From the NCBI GenBank assembly GCA_041736175.1, contig JBGSUI010000061.1, forward strand, positions 1-45,937: a stretch of DNA of 45,937 nt, given 5' to 3'. A model generated the notes under the pieces. The model did not search any database and had not been told where the DNA came from. It saw nothing but the letters and a program-made list of their open reading frames with translations. The stretch is from Oligoflexales bacterium. Lineage in GTDB: Bacteria; Bdellovibrionota_B; Oligoflexia; Oligoflexales; CAIYRB01. This document shows, piece after piece, positions 7,817 to 16,807 of the stretch. The position numbers and the translations under genes are program-made. The stretch's first letter is position 1; each line of letters begins with the position of its first letter.

Positions 7817-9787
7817 ATGCAGAGGAAGGTCTTTACCGACGCCCATGTAAAAGGGGTCCTTGTCACCATCGGTTGTGGACTGCAAAGCTCCGCGATCCTT
7901 GGACAAAGCAACGGTCACGCCATTGGGTTATCCCCACAGGTCCAGACCTTTTGGGTCCAGACAGACCAAGAGATCCTGAGCTGTCCTCTCGATCGGATCA
8001 CCAACCGATGTCCTATCGATGGCAAAGGCGTAGGGCTTTTTGATAAATCCACAGGTGTGGCCCAATGGTTTCCCGACACGGCCCAACGGGTCGGCGGGCT
8101 TGGGGTCGAAGGTGTGGTGGTTCAAACGCCCTTGCAACCACTCAAAGGTCCCCAAGGAAACAGGCGCACATTTAAAATGATATCCAATGGTTTTCAATCG
8201 TGGTCGCTGAGTGGAATGATCGATATTCCTGGTGCAAAAAGTCTCAAATATCTGGTGTCCCATTTTGATGAAAGGAAGGAGGAGTTTCGAGACGGGACCG
8301 ACCAGTCTTGGGAGTTTGGATTTGTATTAAATAAAGACCAATTTGGATATATCGGTGCTTTATCGGCAAAGACCTGGCGGCCTTGGGTTCGGTACTGGCA
8401 GCAAGAATCCCCTGTCCCGAAGGATCACCAGAATCATCCAGAAAGTATCCAAAACAATATCGAAATTAGGTTTTTGGCCATTTCAGGGATGACTGGCGAT
8501 GATGTCCTGGTCGAGAAAAATGCCTCGATCCAGTCAGAACCCTGGTTTTTCTCCCATGGGCCCCTAGACACTCTCCCAGAAAAGCTGGAAGACTACCGCG
8601 CTGCGATCGACAACACTGTTAAGCCGCAATTTACCGGAAAAGTCCACTTTGGTTGGAATAGTTGGTACCACTTTTGGAATAGCGTGACCCAACAGGATGT
8701 GGAACAGAATCTTGACATCGTGGGCCGCATCTTGGCGAGGATCTTGGTGGGTTCCAGAAACCAAGGCTCACTTATAGGTACCATCGATGATGGTTGGCAA
8801 CAGCGCTGGGGCGAGTGGCTGCCAAATTCCAAATTTCCAGACTCCCTGGACAAAATGGCTGCGTCCATCGAGGCCCGTGGATTTATGCCTGGTCTGTGGC
8901 TGGCGCCTTTTTTAGTGTCGGTCACCAGTCCTATGGCAAAAAACAACTCCCATTGGTTTGTCAAGACAGCAGACTTTCAGCATCCATCGGGCCGTTATAA
9001 AATCCTTGATACGACCCATCCAGAAGTGATCGAGCATCTTAAGGGTGTTATGGGATCGATCAGAGATGCTGGATTTAAATTTGTTAAAATAGATTTCTTG
9101 TTTGCCGGAACTTTTCTAGGTCGTCGGTTTGCAGATGTCACCTCGATGCAAGCCTATGAAAAAGGCATGGAAGTGATCCGCCGGACCTTAGGGCCCTCGG
9201 TAGAAATCCTCGCCTGTGGAGCACCCCATCTGCCTTCCCGTGCCTATATGGACCGCTGGCGCATCGGGCCGGATATCGCCTATCAATTTCCTACCGGCCA
9301 ACCGACTTGGGTCGATATCGATATCCAATTGCGAAATATGGGAGCGCGCTGGTTTTTGTGCAAAGGATTGGCCTGCGATAGCGACCCCTGGTTGATACGG
9401 GGCCGCAGATCCGTGGACGAACTAAAGACCTCTCTATGGGTGGCCTCTTTGATGGGCCAAGGTTTTACCTTTTCAGACGACTTCCTTCGAGTGTCCCCAG
9501 CCAGACAGGGATTGATTCCAGACAGGCCAGCCCTAGACCAGGCCAGCAGCGGGACTCCAGCCTCGCCAGACTACGGGCAATGGCTGTCTGATGTAGGCCA
9601 GCGGCTTGGATCAGCCACTGTCGTCGATCGTCTGGTTGATCGCAAAATCTTTCAGGCGCCTAGGCTTTGGCATACAGCCCAGCCCGGTCGGGTTTTACTT
9701 AATTTTAGCAACAGATCTTTCCAATGGGGGCAAGATCTGGTGTTGCCGCGGCAGTCGCTATTTAGGGAGCCACAAACATTATTTTAG
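7817..9787 (+). CDS. Alpha-galactosidase, GH36 (clan D)
   Basis: GWNSWY, IDDGWQ, SKFP, PGLWLAPF, nucleophile motif KIDF, acid/base motif RIGPD. Confidence 0.85.
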   Translation: MQRKVFTDAHVKGVLVTIGCGLQSSAILGQSNGHAIGLSPQVQTFWVQTDQEILSCPLDRITNRCPIDGKGVGLFDKSTGVAQWFPDTAQRVGGLGVEGVVVQTPLQPLKGPQGNRRTFKMISNGFQSWSLSGMIDIPGAKSLKYLVSHFDERKEEFRDGTDQSWEFGFVLNKDQFGYIGALSAKTWRPWVRYWQQESPVPKDHQNHPESIQNNIEIRFLAISGMTGDDVLVEKNASIQSEPWFFSHGPLDTLPEKLEDYRAAIDNTVKPQFTGKVHFGWNSWYHFWNSVTQQDVEQNLDIVGRILARILVGSRNQGSLIGTIDDGWQQRWGEWLPNSKFPDSLDKMAASIEARGFMPGLWLAPFLVSVTSPMAKNNSHWFVKTADFQHPSGRYKILDTTHPEVIEHLKGVMGSIRDAGFKFVKIDFLFAGTFLGRRFADVTSMQAYEKGMEVIRRTLGPSVEILACGAPHLPSRAYMDRWRIGPDIAYQFPTGQPTWVDIDIQLRNMGARWFLCKGLACDSDPWLIRGRRSVDELKTSLWVASLMGQGFTFSDDFLRVSPARQGLIPDRPALDQASSGTPASPDYGQWLSDVGQRLGSATVVDRLVDRKIFQAPRLWHTAQPGRVLLNFSNRSFQWGQDLVLPRQSLFREPQTLF

Positions 9788-9818
9788 GTGTTAAAGAAAT
9801 GCCGAGACGTTTGGTTCC

Positions 9819-10157
9819 CTAAATCTCTACAGTGGATGCGCCGATTTTGGTACGATCAGCGCGATTTGGAGTATAAAGACGCGCTGAGTTATTGCCAAAA
9901 GATTTGTTGTAAAAATCTCTAGTCATCCCTTTAAAGGCATAGATACCCTTGTAAAAATCATTTCCTAGTGCTGCCTTAAATGCGTTCAAAAGATAATTCG
10001 ATATGTCTACTTGATGCATTCCGTCAAAGTTGTCAGATAAGATGATTAAATCCATTGCCATCGGAAAATCGGAATCTGACAAGATAACAATCTCAACATC
10101 ATTTAATTTTGAGCTCAAAAATTGATGAATAGTCTCCAAGAATTGTTGCATGTTCAT
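9819..10157 (-). CDS. Small HEPN-partner protein (BolA-like or degenerate MNT; putative antitoxin)
   Basis: ATG at 10157 overlaps the HEPN stop (TAATG) with GGAGGT RBS; DLIILSDNFDGM motif; AT-rich. Confidence 0.55.
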   Translation of the reverse strand: MNMQQFLETIHQFLSSKLNDVEIVILSDSDFPMAMDLIILSDNFDGMHQVDISNYLLNAFKAALGNDFYKGIYAFKGMTRDFYNKSFGNNSARLYTPNRADRTKIGASTVEI

Positions 10158-10663
10158 TAAAAACCTCCTAGGTATTCTTCGGACCAATTAAGTATTACCA
10201 GGGAATGATCGTAGATATTTTCTGCTGTTTTTCGGTCGCAGCTCCCATAGTATCGCTGTTCAGGTAGCCACCAACTTGAATGAGCAGATGAAATAATCTG
10301 TGCTATAATTTCATGCAATTTCCGATCCGATTCGCCACCTTTTCGGGTCCCTAGTATTAAATGAGTCAGCCTTCTGTTGTCTAACATCATAATATCATAA
10401 AGATTGTGTGTTTTAAGAGAGCTTTCTAGAGTTGACGCTAATAGGTTATTGAGGTCCATTAAAACTGCTTTAAGCGTCAACTCTATCGACATATGACTAT
10501 TTTCTTTTGAAACATTATAGGCTTTCGCCTGAATATTTCGATGTGCAGCTTTATGATGTTCTCGGCAATTTCTGACCAAAGCCCGAATTTTACTGTCAGC
10601 GTTCATGATAAGTCCAATACCAAGATGGTTGAATGCTGATTTTACCATCGAAACCAATTTCAT
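10157..10663 (-). CDS. HEPN domain protein
   Basis: HMSIELTLKAVL, KTHNL, W...RY motifs typical of HEPN (PF05168-type); start uncertain (alternative 10606). Confidence 0.75.
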   Translation of the reverse strand: MKLVSMVKSAFNHLGIGLIMNADSKIRALVRNCREHHKAAHRNIQAKAYNVSKENSHMSIELTLKAVLMDLNNLLASTLESSLKTHNLYDIMMLDNRRLTHLILGTRKGGESDRKLHEIIAQIISSAHSSWWLPEQRYYGSCDRKTAENIYDHSLVILNWSEEYLGGF

Positions 10664-10679
10664 AAAGCATGAAGATTAT

Positions 10680-12035
10680 TTATTTGAGGAGTTCCCCAAT
10701 AGGACCTTGGCCGAGTGATCCGTCACCAAAGGTGTTTTGGGGCATGCCAACCATATGAAGCAGAGTGATGAGCATATGATTATAGGAGCGTTTAGAGAAT
10801 TGCAGCGACTGACCGGCGGCATGACGACCTGAAGCCCCGCCCACCACCAGGCAGCCTATATCTTCAAAATGATGAAGGTCAGGATCTCCCACTTCAGTCG
10901 TAGCAAAGACCATAGACTGATCGAGAAGACTTTGGTCGCCTATCTTGGTCCGTTCAAGCCGCTCCAGGACTTTGGCCAGCTGGGTCATAAACCAAAATTG
11001 ACAGGCGCTAAATTTCTCGACACCGCTCTGGTTTCCCATGCCGCCATAATGGGATAAATCATGGTGTCCCGAAGCGTTTCCTTGTAAAACTGTAGGCACA
11101 GACTGGAAATTAAGAACCGTAGGGCTTACGGCATGGGACCACTGCAGGAGACCTACCGGGGTGACGCCGCATTGGAGAGCTTGGACCATGATATCTGCCA
11201 TAATCTCGCTGAGAGTCTCAAAGTTTTCGTTGCGTTCGATCACATTCGGATATCCCTTTAACTCCTCAGAGATCTCAAGACCACGCCAATCAAGATAACC
11301 TCCACAGGAACCACCACCTGAAGAGGACGAAAAAAGGCTTTTTTCCATATCCCGAAGAGCTGTGAGGTGCTGGTCTAGCTTTGCCTTCTCGACAGCACCG
11401 AGCTGGTTTTGGATCGATTGCAACGATCTTATGGTGTAATCGAGGACACTCTTTTTTCTTTGTTGCTCGATGGATATCTCTGCTGCCGAGCGGCCTGGGA
11501 CTTGATAAAACTCGTTAAACACGATCCTTGGATTGTCTTGCACCGGAGCGATTGCTCCCGAACTCAAGTAGCTGATGTATTTTTCGGCGCCAGACTGAAA
11601 ATTAGCACCGACCCCAAGCCGTAGAGATTTGTATTTAAAGCCATCACCGAGGCGGTCTCCCAAATAGTTATCGATAGAGTAGAGTTTCGATTTATTGGTC
11701 GACCCCGTTAAACAAAAGGCTGCGCCTCCTTCATGGCTTCCAGTGGTCAAGTACTCCAGGCCCCGCACCATGGAGAGCTTGTCTTTAAAAGGGAGGAGAG
11801 GTCCTGAGATAGAAGGGAGATCCGTGATCCGCCCAGGATTTTTGGGAAAAAAAAGTGGCGCAAGATTGCCGTCTGGGTAGTAGATAAAGAGGGCCCGCGA
11901 TGACCCTTGGGCAACAGCGGCGACGGCCTCGTCACATTCCAGCAAGGTCCGCAGGAGCGGGATTGAAAGTGCCGTCATGCCGCTTAATTGAAGCAGTTTT
12001 CGTCGGGTGAGAGCTGTTTTCATGATCGATGTCAC
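10680..12035 (-). CDS. DUF1552 domain protein (Tat-exported)
   Basis: Twin-Arg signal TRRKLL; FIYYPDG, SIDNY, KKSVLD, KLDQHLTALRDME, HHDLSH, SLLD motifs. Confidence 0.85.
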   Translation of the reverse strand: MTSIMKTALTRRKLLQLSGMTALSIPLLRTLLECDEAVAAVAQGSSRALFIYYPDGNLAPLFFPKNPGRITDLPSISGPLLPFKDKLSMVRGLEYLTTGSHEGGAAFCLTGSTNKSKLYSIDNYLGDRLGDGFKYKSLRLGVGANFQSGAEKYISYLSSGAIAPVQDNPRIVFNEFYQVPGRSAAEISIEQQRKKSVLDYTIRSLQSIQNQLGAVEKAKLDQHLTALRDMEKSLFSSSSGGGSCGGYLDWRGLEISEELKGYPNVIERNENFETLSEIMADIMVQALQCGVTPVGLLQWSHAVSPTVLNFQSVPTVLQGNASGHHDLSHYGGMGNQSGVEKFSACQFWFMTQLAKVLERLERTKIGDQSLLDQSMVFATTEVGDPDLHHFEDIGCLVVGGASGRHAAGQSLQFSKRSYNHMLITLLHMVGMPQNTFGDGSLGQGPIGELLK

Positions 12036-12065
12036 AGAAGGACTCCTAGGAATAAAACCAAAAAG

Positions 12066-14027
12066 CTATTTGCGGATAAAAAACGAGGCATCTTGAACCA
12101 TACCTTCGAGGGTAGATTTGAGACTGCTGCCTTCGACGCCAAAATTCTCGGATATTTTTTGGATGTTGCACTGCTGTCTCTGGGTCTCAAGGAGTCCGGT
12201 GATATAGCGGTGGTACTGGATGACAAAACAACGACGAGCTTCGGCGCTTTGGGAGAGGAGTTTGCCCAATTCAGCAGTGCCCTGAAAGGCTTGGTCTTTC
12301 CCATCCAGGTTTAAAATCATACCCGAGGAATCAATGGGGGTGTTATCTACTGAGCGAAAACGACCGATTTCGTCCATGTCTTCCATCCCAAATCCTATGC
12401 CGTCGATTTGTTTATGACAGATCTTACATTGGGCGTTAGAGGAGTGTTGTGCAAAACGGTCTCTGGCGTTTGCATTGGGATCCCTCGGTGGAGGTTTCAC
12501 CATAAGAGCGGGAGGGGGTGGAGGAATATCGCGACAAAGAAACTTTTCGAGGACAAAGACTCCCCGTTTGATGGGGTTGGACTCTTCGGCGTCCGCGTAG
12601 GTTGCGAGCAGGCTGGTATGCCCCAGGAGCCCGACCCGTTCGTTGGTCGGTAGAAAAATCAAATCGGATTGTAGTCTGCCGTTATAGATTTTGTTGATTT
12701 CACCCCTATTGGTGGTGAATTCAGCAGACATCAGATGTCGAAAACTCGTCTGTCGTTCAAAGGTCATATCATTAAAAAAATCGACGGTTTCCTGGTAGAG
12801 GCTTTCCCGCAGGTTGCTACTAAAAATAGTATGTTTTGCACCTTTATTGACCGAGAGCACTCCATCGATACCGAGCCACTGTCGCAAGAAAGGTTCGGTT
12901 GCTGCTTTAGCCTTGGGATCGGCGAGCATCCTCTTTACTTGTTGGCTGACGACGCTTGGGTTTTTGAGTTGGCCCTTTTCCGCAAGACCGATCAATGGGT
13001 CATCGGGTGGCCCAGACCACAGGGTGTAGGAGAGATGGGAGGCGATCTCCCAGTCGTTTAATTGGAAATATGCTCCCTGGGTCACACCTATTTCCCAACG
13101 ATAGAGAAACCGGGGATGATTCAGGATGGCGATCACAAGGGCACGGTAGTTTTCCGTAAAGTCTTGGCGACCAGAGTTTGGTGCGGTGGACATCCCGTTG
13201 TAGAGCCCTAAGAGCTGATCCCGGTCTTGGGTTGCGAGGGGTGATCGAAAGGCTTTGCTTGCGAATTTTTCGATAAACCGGCTGATGCACTGTTGGTGTT
13301 CAGGGGCACGGATATCGGTCTTTAACGCGTCCGAGCAATCCAGGTAACGACTGATTTGGCTCAACATCCCTGAGACCACTTTTTCGGAGGCTTTGTGAAA
13401 GGCTTCGCTGTGGGATGCTGTGACCACAGTCAAATCGCTACGGCTGACAATCCCATGGCTTTTAACCTCCTTGGGAAAGTCAGCGGTAAGGTTTAGATCG
13501 AGCCCCGTAAGCTCTCGAATCGTGTTGTGGTACTGGAGATGGGACAGCAGTCGGAGTTGCCTGGGGCTAGGTTCTAAGTCGCTTTTTTTGCAATCTACGG
13601 GGCTGCGAGGTCCGATGGTTTTTCCGTCGGCATCGCAGACATAGATATCGATCTGATTGGTACCCGCACTTAACTCAAAATGGGGCGGATTACCGCACTG
13701 GAAAGTCGTATAGACCGGTATACCTTTGAGGGAGTATATCAAGCTGATCCCGTAGCGACCAGGTGGCGTGGCCATATCCAAGGACTCCACCTGGGGACTA
13801 AATTCCTGCTGCTGAGCTGGCTGAGTCGCATCATCGGGCTTATGAATGGTGAGGGTGATACGATCATATTGACCCTCATTGAGTCTTTTGACTTTGACCA
13901 CCGCAAGGTCAGAGACCTGGCGGCCCTTTGATGCCCCTTTTTGGCACGAAACCAGGGCCAAACCTCCGAATATTTGGAAGCCAAAAACGAAACCAAGAAG
14001 CGCTATAGACTTCAATGTCACTCTCAT
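12066..14027 (-). CDS. DUF1592/DUF1588 (PSD1-5, PSCyt-type) lipoprotein with heme-binding motif
   Basis: LRLLSHLQYHNTIREL, PRFLYR, EIASHLSYTLWSGPPD, SNPIKRG, CKICH; lipobox LVS-C; ATG at 14027 with RBS (ORF is open from 14090). Confidence 0.85.
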   Translation of the reverse strand: MRVTLKSIALLGFVFGFQIFGGLALVSCQKGASKGRQVSDLAVVKVKRLNEGQYDRITLTIHKPDDATQPAQQQEFSPQVESLDMATPPGRYGISLIYSLKGIPVYTTFQCGNPPHFELSAGTNQIDIYVCDADGKTIGPRSPVDCKKSDLEPSPRQLRLLSHLQYHNTIRELTGLDLNLTADFPKEVKSHGIVSRSDLTVVTASHSEAFHKASEKVVSGMLSQISRYLDCSDALKTDIRAPEHQQCISRFIEKFASKAFRSPLATQDRDQLLGLYNGMSTAPNSGRQDFTENYRALVIAILNHPRFLYRWEIGVTQGAYFQLNDWEIASHLSYTLWSGPPDDPLIGLAEKGQLKNPSVVSQQVKRMLADPKAKAATEPFLRQWLGIDGVLSVNKGAKHTIFSSNLRESLYQETVDFFNDMTFERQTSFRHLMSAEFTTNRGEINKIYNGRLQSDLIFLPTNERVGLLGHTSLLATYADAEESNPIKRGVFVLEKFLCRDIPPPPPALMVKPPPRDPNANARDRFAQHSSNAQCKICHKQIDGIGFGMEDMDEIGRFRSVDNTPIDSSGMILNLDGKDQAFQGTAELGKLLSQSAEARRCFVIQYHRYITGLLETQRQQCNIQKISENFGVEGSSLKSTLEGMVQDASFFIRK

Positions 14028-14037
14028 AGAGCGTCCC

Positions 14038-14541
14038 TTAGAGTGGAGTAAAGAGGTAAGCGCCGATGGCGCGGGCACAGTCACGATCACAGGAGCCGAC
14101 TTTTCCTAGAGGCATGGTTGTGACCACCTTGGTGACAAAGTCATCATAGTTACTGCATGTCTTGCAGGAGACTTTAAATTTATGAATCTCACCCTGGTTT
14201 AGTGTTGGGTGGCATTGACTGCATTGGACTTGGTAGAGGCTTTTGCCCTTTGCCAGGTTTTCAGAACCAGATTTTATCGGATTAATCTCTACAGATGCGT
14301 CTGTTTGACCGCGAGCGTTGCCAGGAGAACTGGGATCATCTGGGGCCGGTTTTTTAGAAGCGTCTTTGTTGGGTTTTTGCTTTTCACCGATCGAGGGAGA
14401 GCGTCGATCGATTTTGGTTTTTTGGGTGCAGGCCAACGAAAACCCGACCATGGAGATCAATAAACTCAAGACAAGAGCGGGAGCGACAAGCCCGATCGCG
14501 GCAACTTTCATAAACAGCATCCTTTTTTTCAACAACAACAT
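14038..14541 (-). CDS. c-type cytochrome lipoprotein
   Basis: GKSLYQVQCSQCH heme motif, distal TMPLG, lipobox SLA-C; first gene of the DUF1592/DUF1552 operon. Confidence 0.8.
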   Translation of the reverse strand: MLLLKKRMLFMKVAAIGLVAPALVLSLLISMVGFSLACTQKTKIDRRSPSIGEKQKPNKDASKKPAPDDPSSPGNARGQTDASVEINPIKSGSENLAKGKSLYQVQCSQCHPTLNQGEIHKFKVSCKTCSNYDDFVTKVVTTMPLGKVGSCDRDCARAIGAYLFTPL

Positions 14542-14627
14542 CAGTAGGGGGAATCACGGGAGCACCTTGGTAGCATCTGGGGAAGGAGGAGAGGGGCATT
14601 CTCGTATGCCTGTCTCAACCAGCTTTT

Positions 14628-14643
14628 AGCACTTAGGGTGCCA
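14628..14643 (-). promoter_or_regulatory. sigma54 (-24/-12) promoter of the cytochrome c-DUF1592-DUF1552 operon
   Basis: Minus strand TGGCAC-CCTAA-GTGCT. Confidence 0.55.
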
Positions 14644-14861
14644 AAGGGTGATTTTTCGGAGTGATAGTGATGGGAGTGTTTGGTGGTTTTTGAAAAATTC
14701 AAGTGATTTAGATTTGTTAAGCTTTTTTTTTAAAACAACCACACTCAGTTAAAGATGGGTTTTAGAAACCGTGGGTCATTTGTATTTCATAGGAACAGCT
14801 GCCTAAAAAATTGACAGATCGGCCACAGAGTTGACATTCCACTAGCTCCAGGGACCATAGC

Positions 14862-15881
14862 TTGGTAAGGCTAGGGGTTCTGAGAGGGGGGCCTGCTGAA
14901 ATGCTACAACCAGATTTGACCGGTGATTTTAAATCTCTACTAAAAGACGCCTGGCAGCGCCGCGTCGGGTTTCTTCAGGATCCTATCACAGATTGCTACC
15001 GAATCTTCCACGGGTATGTGGAAGGATTTCCGGGGGTCAGCATCGACCGTTATGGTGACTGCGCTATCATCAACAAAAAAGCCCCCCTCCCCATCGCCGA
15101 TGGGGACCTGGTCCGCATACTCACCGGCTTGTTTCCCTTTCAGTCCATTGTGATTAAATCCCATCAAAAGTTAGACTCCCAAGACGGCCAAAACGTTCGC
15201 TATCTCCTGGGAGGACCTGTACCCCTGCCCCTTAAGGTCAAAGAGCACGGAGATTATTACTTTGCCGATAGGGATTCGATCCATTCTAATGGCCTTTTTC
15301 TGGATGCGCGACCGGCGCGGCAGTGGATTAAGAAAAACGCGTCTTCACGGCGAGTTTACAATATGTTTGCCCACACCGGTAGTTTAGGCGTGGCCGCCAA
15401 ACTCGGTGGTGCCCGGGAGGTGGTTCATATCGATAAAAACCGGGACTTAGTAGACAAAATCAGGTTTAACTACGAATTCAATGGTTTAGTCCCCGATCCC
15501 CGTGGTCTTGTGATCGGTGATATCTACTATCATCTGCCGCGGGCCATCAAGTGGCAGCAAAAGTTTGATGCCATCATCCTCGATCCTCCACCTAGAGTTC
15601 CGGTGCCCCCTCGCGCCCCTAAACACCGGCCTGTTGGCCAAGACTTTGCTACGTTGATAGCAACCTGCTGCAAAATTTTGGATAAAGACGGCTGGCTGTT
15701 ATGCATCTATCATGATTTCCGCAAGAGCCATGACACTTTTGACCAGGAGATGATCGCGGCTTCAGGTGGTACCCTAACGCCGATCTGGAGAGGCCAAGCA
15801 GATGAGGATTTCTGGGAAACGGATCCTGAAAGAAAAACTCGGATGACTGCGTTTAGCATGGTGGGGAGCTTGGGGAGGTGA
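14862..15881 (+). CDS. Class I SAM-dependent methyltransferase, RlmI/RlmK-like
   Basis: YRIFHG..EG.PGVSIDRY, GLFLD, NMFAHTG, FDAIILDPP; alternative ATG at 14901. Confidence 0.85.
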   Translation: MVRLGVLRGGPAEMLQPDLTGDFKSLLKDAWQRRVGFLQDPITDCYRIFHGYVEGFPGVSIDRYGDCAIINKKAPLPIADGDLVRILTGLFPFQSIVIKSHQKLDSQDGQNVRYLLGGPVPLPLKVKEHGDYYFADRDSIHSNGLFLDARPARQWIKKNASSRRVYNMFAHTGSLGVAAKLGGAREVVHIDKNRDLVDKIRFNYEFNGLVPDPRGLVIGDIYYHLPRAIKWQQKFDAIILDPPPRVPVPPRAPKHRPVGQDFATLIATCCKILDKDGWLLCIYHDFRKSHDTFDQEMIAASGGTLTPIWRGQADEDFWETDPERKTRMTAFSMVGSLGR

Positions 15882-15947
15882 TATATTCTTCGTAAAGGCT
15901 CAAAACTTAAGTGGATAAACTGATTATTTACATTTGTGTTACGATGT

Positions 15948-16688
15948 CTATCTGTTGGAGCGGCATGGTGTTAGGCGTTCCTGACACCATTTCTGCTTCC
16001 TACAAATCGTCTCAAAAGTCATGGTTTTTCCTGGTGGTATCCCCCCAACCGAACCATCGATAATCCAGAGTTTTTTTCCGTCATAGAGAACATTATTCGG
16101 GTGAAGGTCTGTGATATAGAATTTTCCCGATGGCAGACCTAAACTTTTTGCGTGTAGTTGGTCATAAGATCTATAAAATTGATCGATAACCTCACGGGGA
16201 GCGGTTAAAAGGTCTTTTCCGTTGATAAATGTCTTGACCAGTGTCTTGTAGGCCTTGCCGTTGTAAAGTATCGATGCTTTGACGGTTGGTACGACCTGCT
16301 GCGCAAATTCTGGCGCAATGGCTATCAGGTCCCTACGCCGATCCACAAAAAGCGCCTCCTCTGGATAGGAGTTTACACCATGAAAGGTGTAAAATATCTT
16401 GACGATCTTAGGACCATCTGGATGTTGAAATTTATAAACAACGCCCCCATTTCCACACCCTATCAAGGATCCCTCATACGCAGTTTGACCCCAGCTAAAT
16501 TGGATTGTTGCGGGTGAATCACCGTTTCCAGAGACCTCAAAGGAGGGGCATGCTGTCCCGGATAATACTGAGGAGTTTGGGTGGGTTGTCTGTCGCACAC
16601 ACCCATGAGTGCTACCGACCAAAAAGTTAATCGTTAAGATACCTAGCCAAATGGATCGATCTTGTTTTATGCTGAAACTAGTTTGCAT
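15948..16688 (-). CDS. Protein-kinase-like fold protein with signal peptide/lipobox
   Basis: IGCGNGGVVYK glycine loop, IVK lysine, DLHPNNVL catalytic loop, IIDG; hydrophobic N-terminus ending THG-C. Confidence 0.75.
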   Translation of the reverse strand: MQTSFSIKQDRSIWLGILTINFLVGSTHGCVRQTTHPNSSVLSGTACPSFEVSGNGDSPATIQFSWGQTAYEGSLIGCGNGGVVYKFQHPDGPKIVKIFYTFHGVNSYPEEALFVDRRRDLIAIAPEFAQQVVPTVKASILYNGKAYKTLVKTFINGKDLLTAPREVIDQFYRSYDQLHAKSLGLPSGKFYITDLHPNNVLYDGKKLWIIDGSVGGIPPGKTMTFETICRKQKWCQERLTPCRSNR

Positions 16689-16735
16689 TTTAGGCTCCCA
16701 GGATTTGGGTTGTGCAGGAATGGTAAGGTATTTTC

Positions 16736-16751
16736 TGCAAAATCAATGCCA
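16736..16751 (-). promoter_or_regulatory. sigma54 promoter of the kinase-like gene
   Basis: Minus strand TGGCAT-TGATT-TTGCA, near-consensus, 47 bp before the ATG. Confidence 0.7.
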
Positions 16752-16807
16752 AAAAGTGACATCTTATCCTGTCCAAAATCAAAAATCATGGGGTCCTAAG
16801 GCGAAAT

